This document shows, in pieces, positions 63,561-64,000 of a stretch of 64,000 nt of DNA. Position numbers and translations under genes: made by a program. The notes beneath the pieces are model-generated. The model was not told where the DNA came from. It worked only from the letters and a program-made list of their open reading frames with translations, and made no database searches. Within the stretch, counting starts at the first letter, position 1. Each line of letters begins with the position of its first letter. This DNA is from Octopus vulgaris (taxonomy: Eukaryota): positions 75,764,001 through 75,828,000 of the forward strand of contig OX597821.1 of NCBI GenBank assembly GCA_951406725.2, in the 5' to 3' direction.

Positions 63561-64000
63561 TTCCCATGATTTTCAGAGTTAAAGGTGAATAATACAAAAG
63601 CTGTTACGAAACGGTATTTACCCCAGGAGGAAAATGAGTTTGTGTGAAGTGTCTTCTGTCAAGCTCCCTTCATGTCAGATGTAGATGAAAACAGTGCTAT
63701 TCCGATTTTACTTTTAGTGAGAGAAAAAATGTCAAATAAAATTGGCGTACCGTGAGGGGAAAGCGATTTTAATAAATGGCAAAGATTAAAATGGAAAATG
63801 GAATATTTTCAGACAAACATTAAAAAAAGAAGCAAATCTATAAATCTGTGTGACGAGATATGTGTGCAAGCGAATTTCAGTGCACGTATTTGAACTATGA
63901 ATGCGTGCGTGTGAAGTACATGCATACATACATACATACATACATACGTACATACCTATATACATCCATATATACATCCATCCAGGCAGCTATCCATGCA

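Noticed and set aside
63232-63597. Poly-K/poly-N and poly-L/poly-F ORFs
   Set aside because: Translation of compound trinucleotide microsatellites.

Overview
AT-rich, repeat-saturated eukaryotic DNA. The SINE families, Dong/R4-like LINEs and dense microsatellites suggest an octopod cephalopod (Octopus-like); this assignment is inference from repeat recognition. No intact host protein-coding gene, rRNA, true tRNA or CRISPR array is supported, and nearly all long ORFs in the track are microsatellite artefacts or decayed transposon fragments. The window holds about 25 tRNA-derived SINE copies (family A with two alternative 3' tails; family B of CORE type), about 7 Dong/R4-like LINE fragments tied to (TAA)n, several Tc1/mariner relics, MITEs, Helitron termini and an ORF1-only gag-like retroposon. 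The most notable signals are: (1) a minimal type-I hammerhead ribozyme fold in a long hairpin within a ~347-nt direct-repeat unit (12.8-13.3 kb); (2) one ~45-nt 3' tail shared by three otherwise unrelated non-autonomous elements; (3) SINE-A copies joined to other SINE-A heads at fixed positions; (4) a MITE carrying outward-facing telomere-like arms; (5) a 5'-inverted Dong-like insertion with twin-priming geometry. Coordinates were read by eye and may be off by a few bases.
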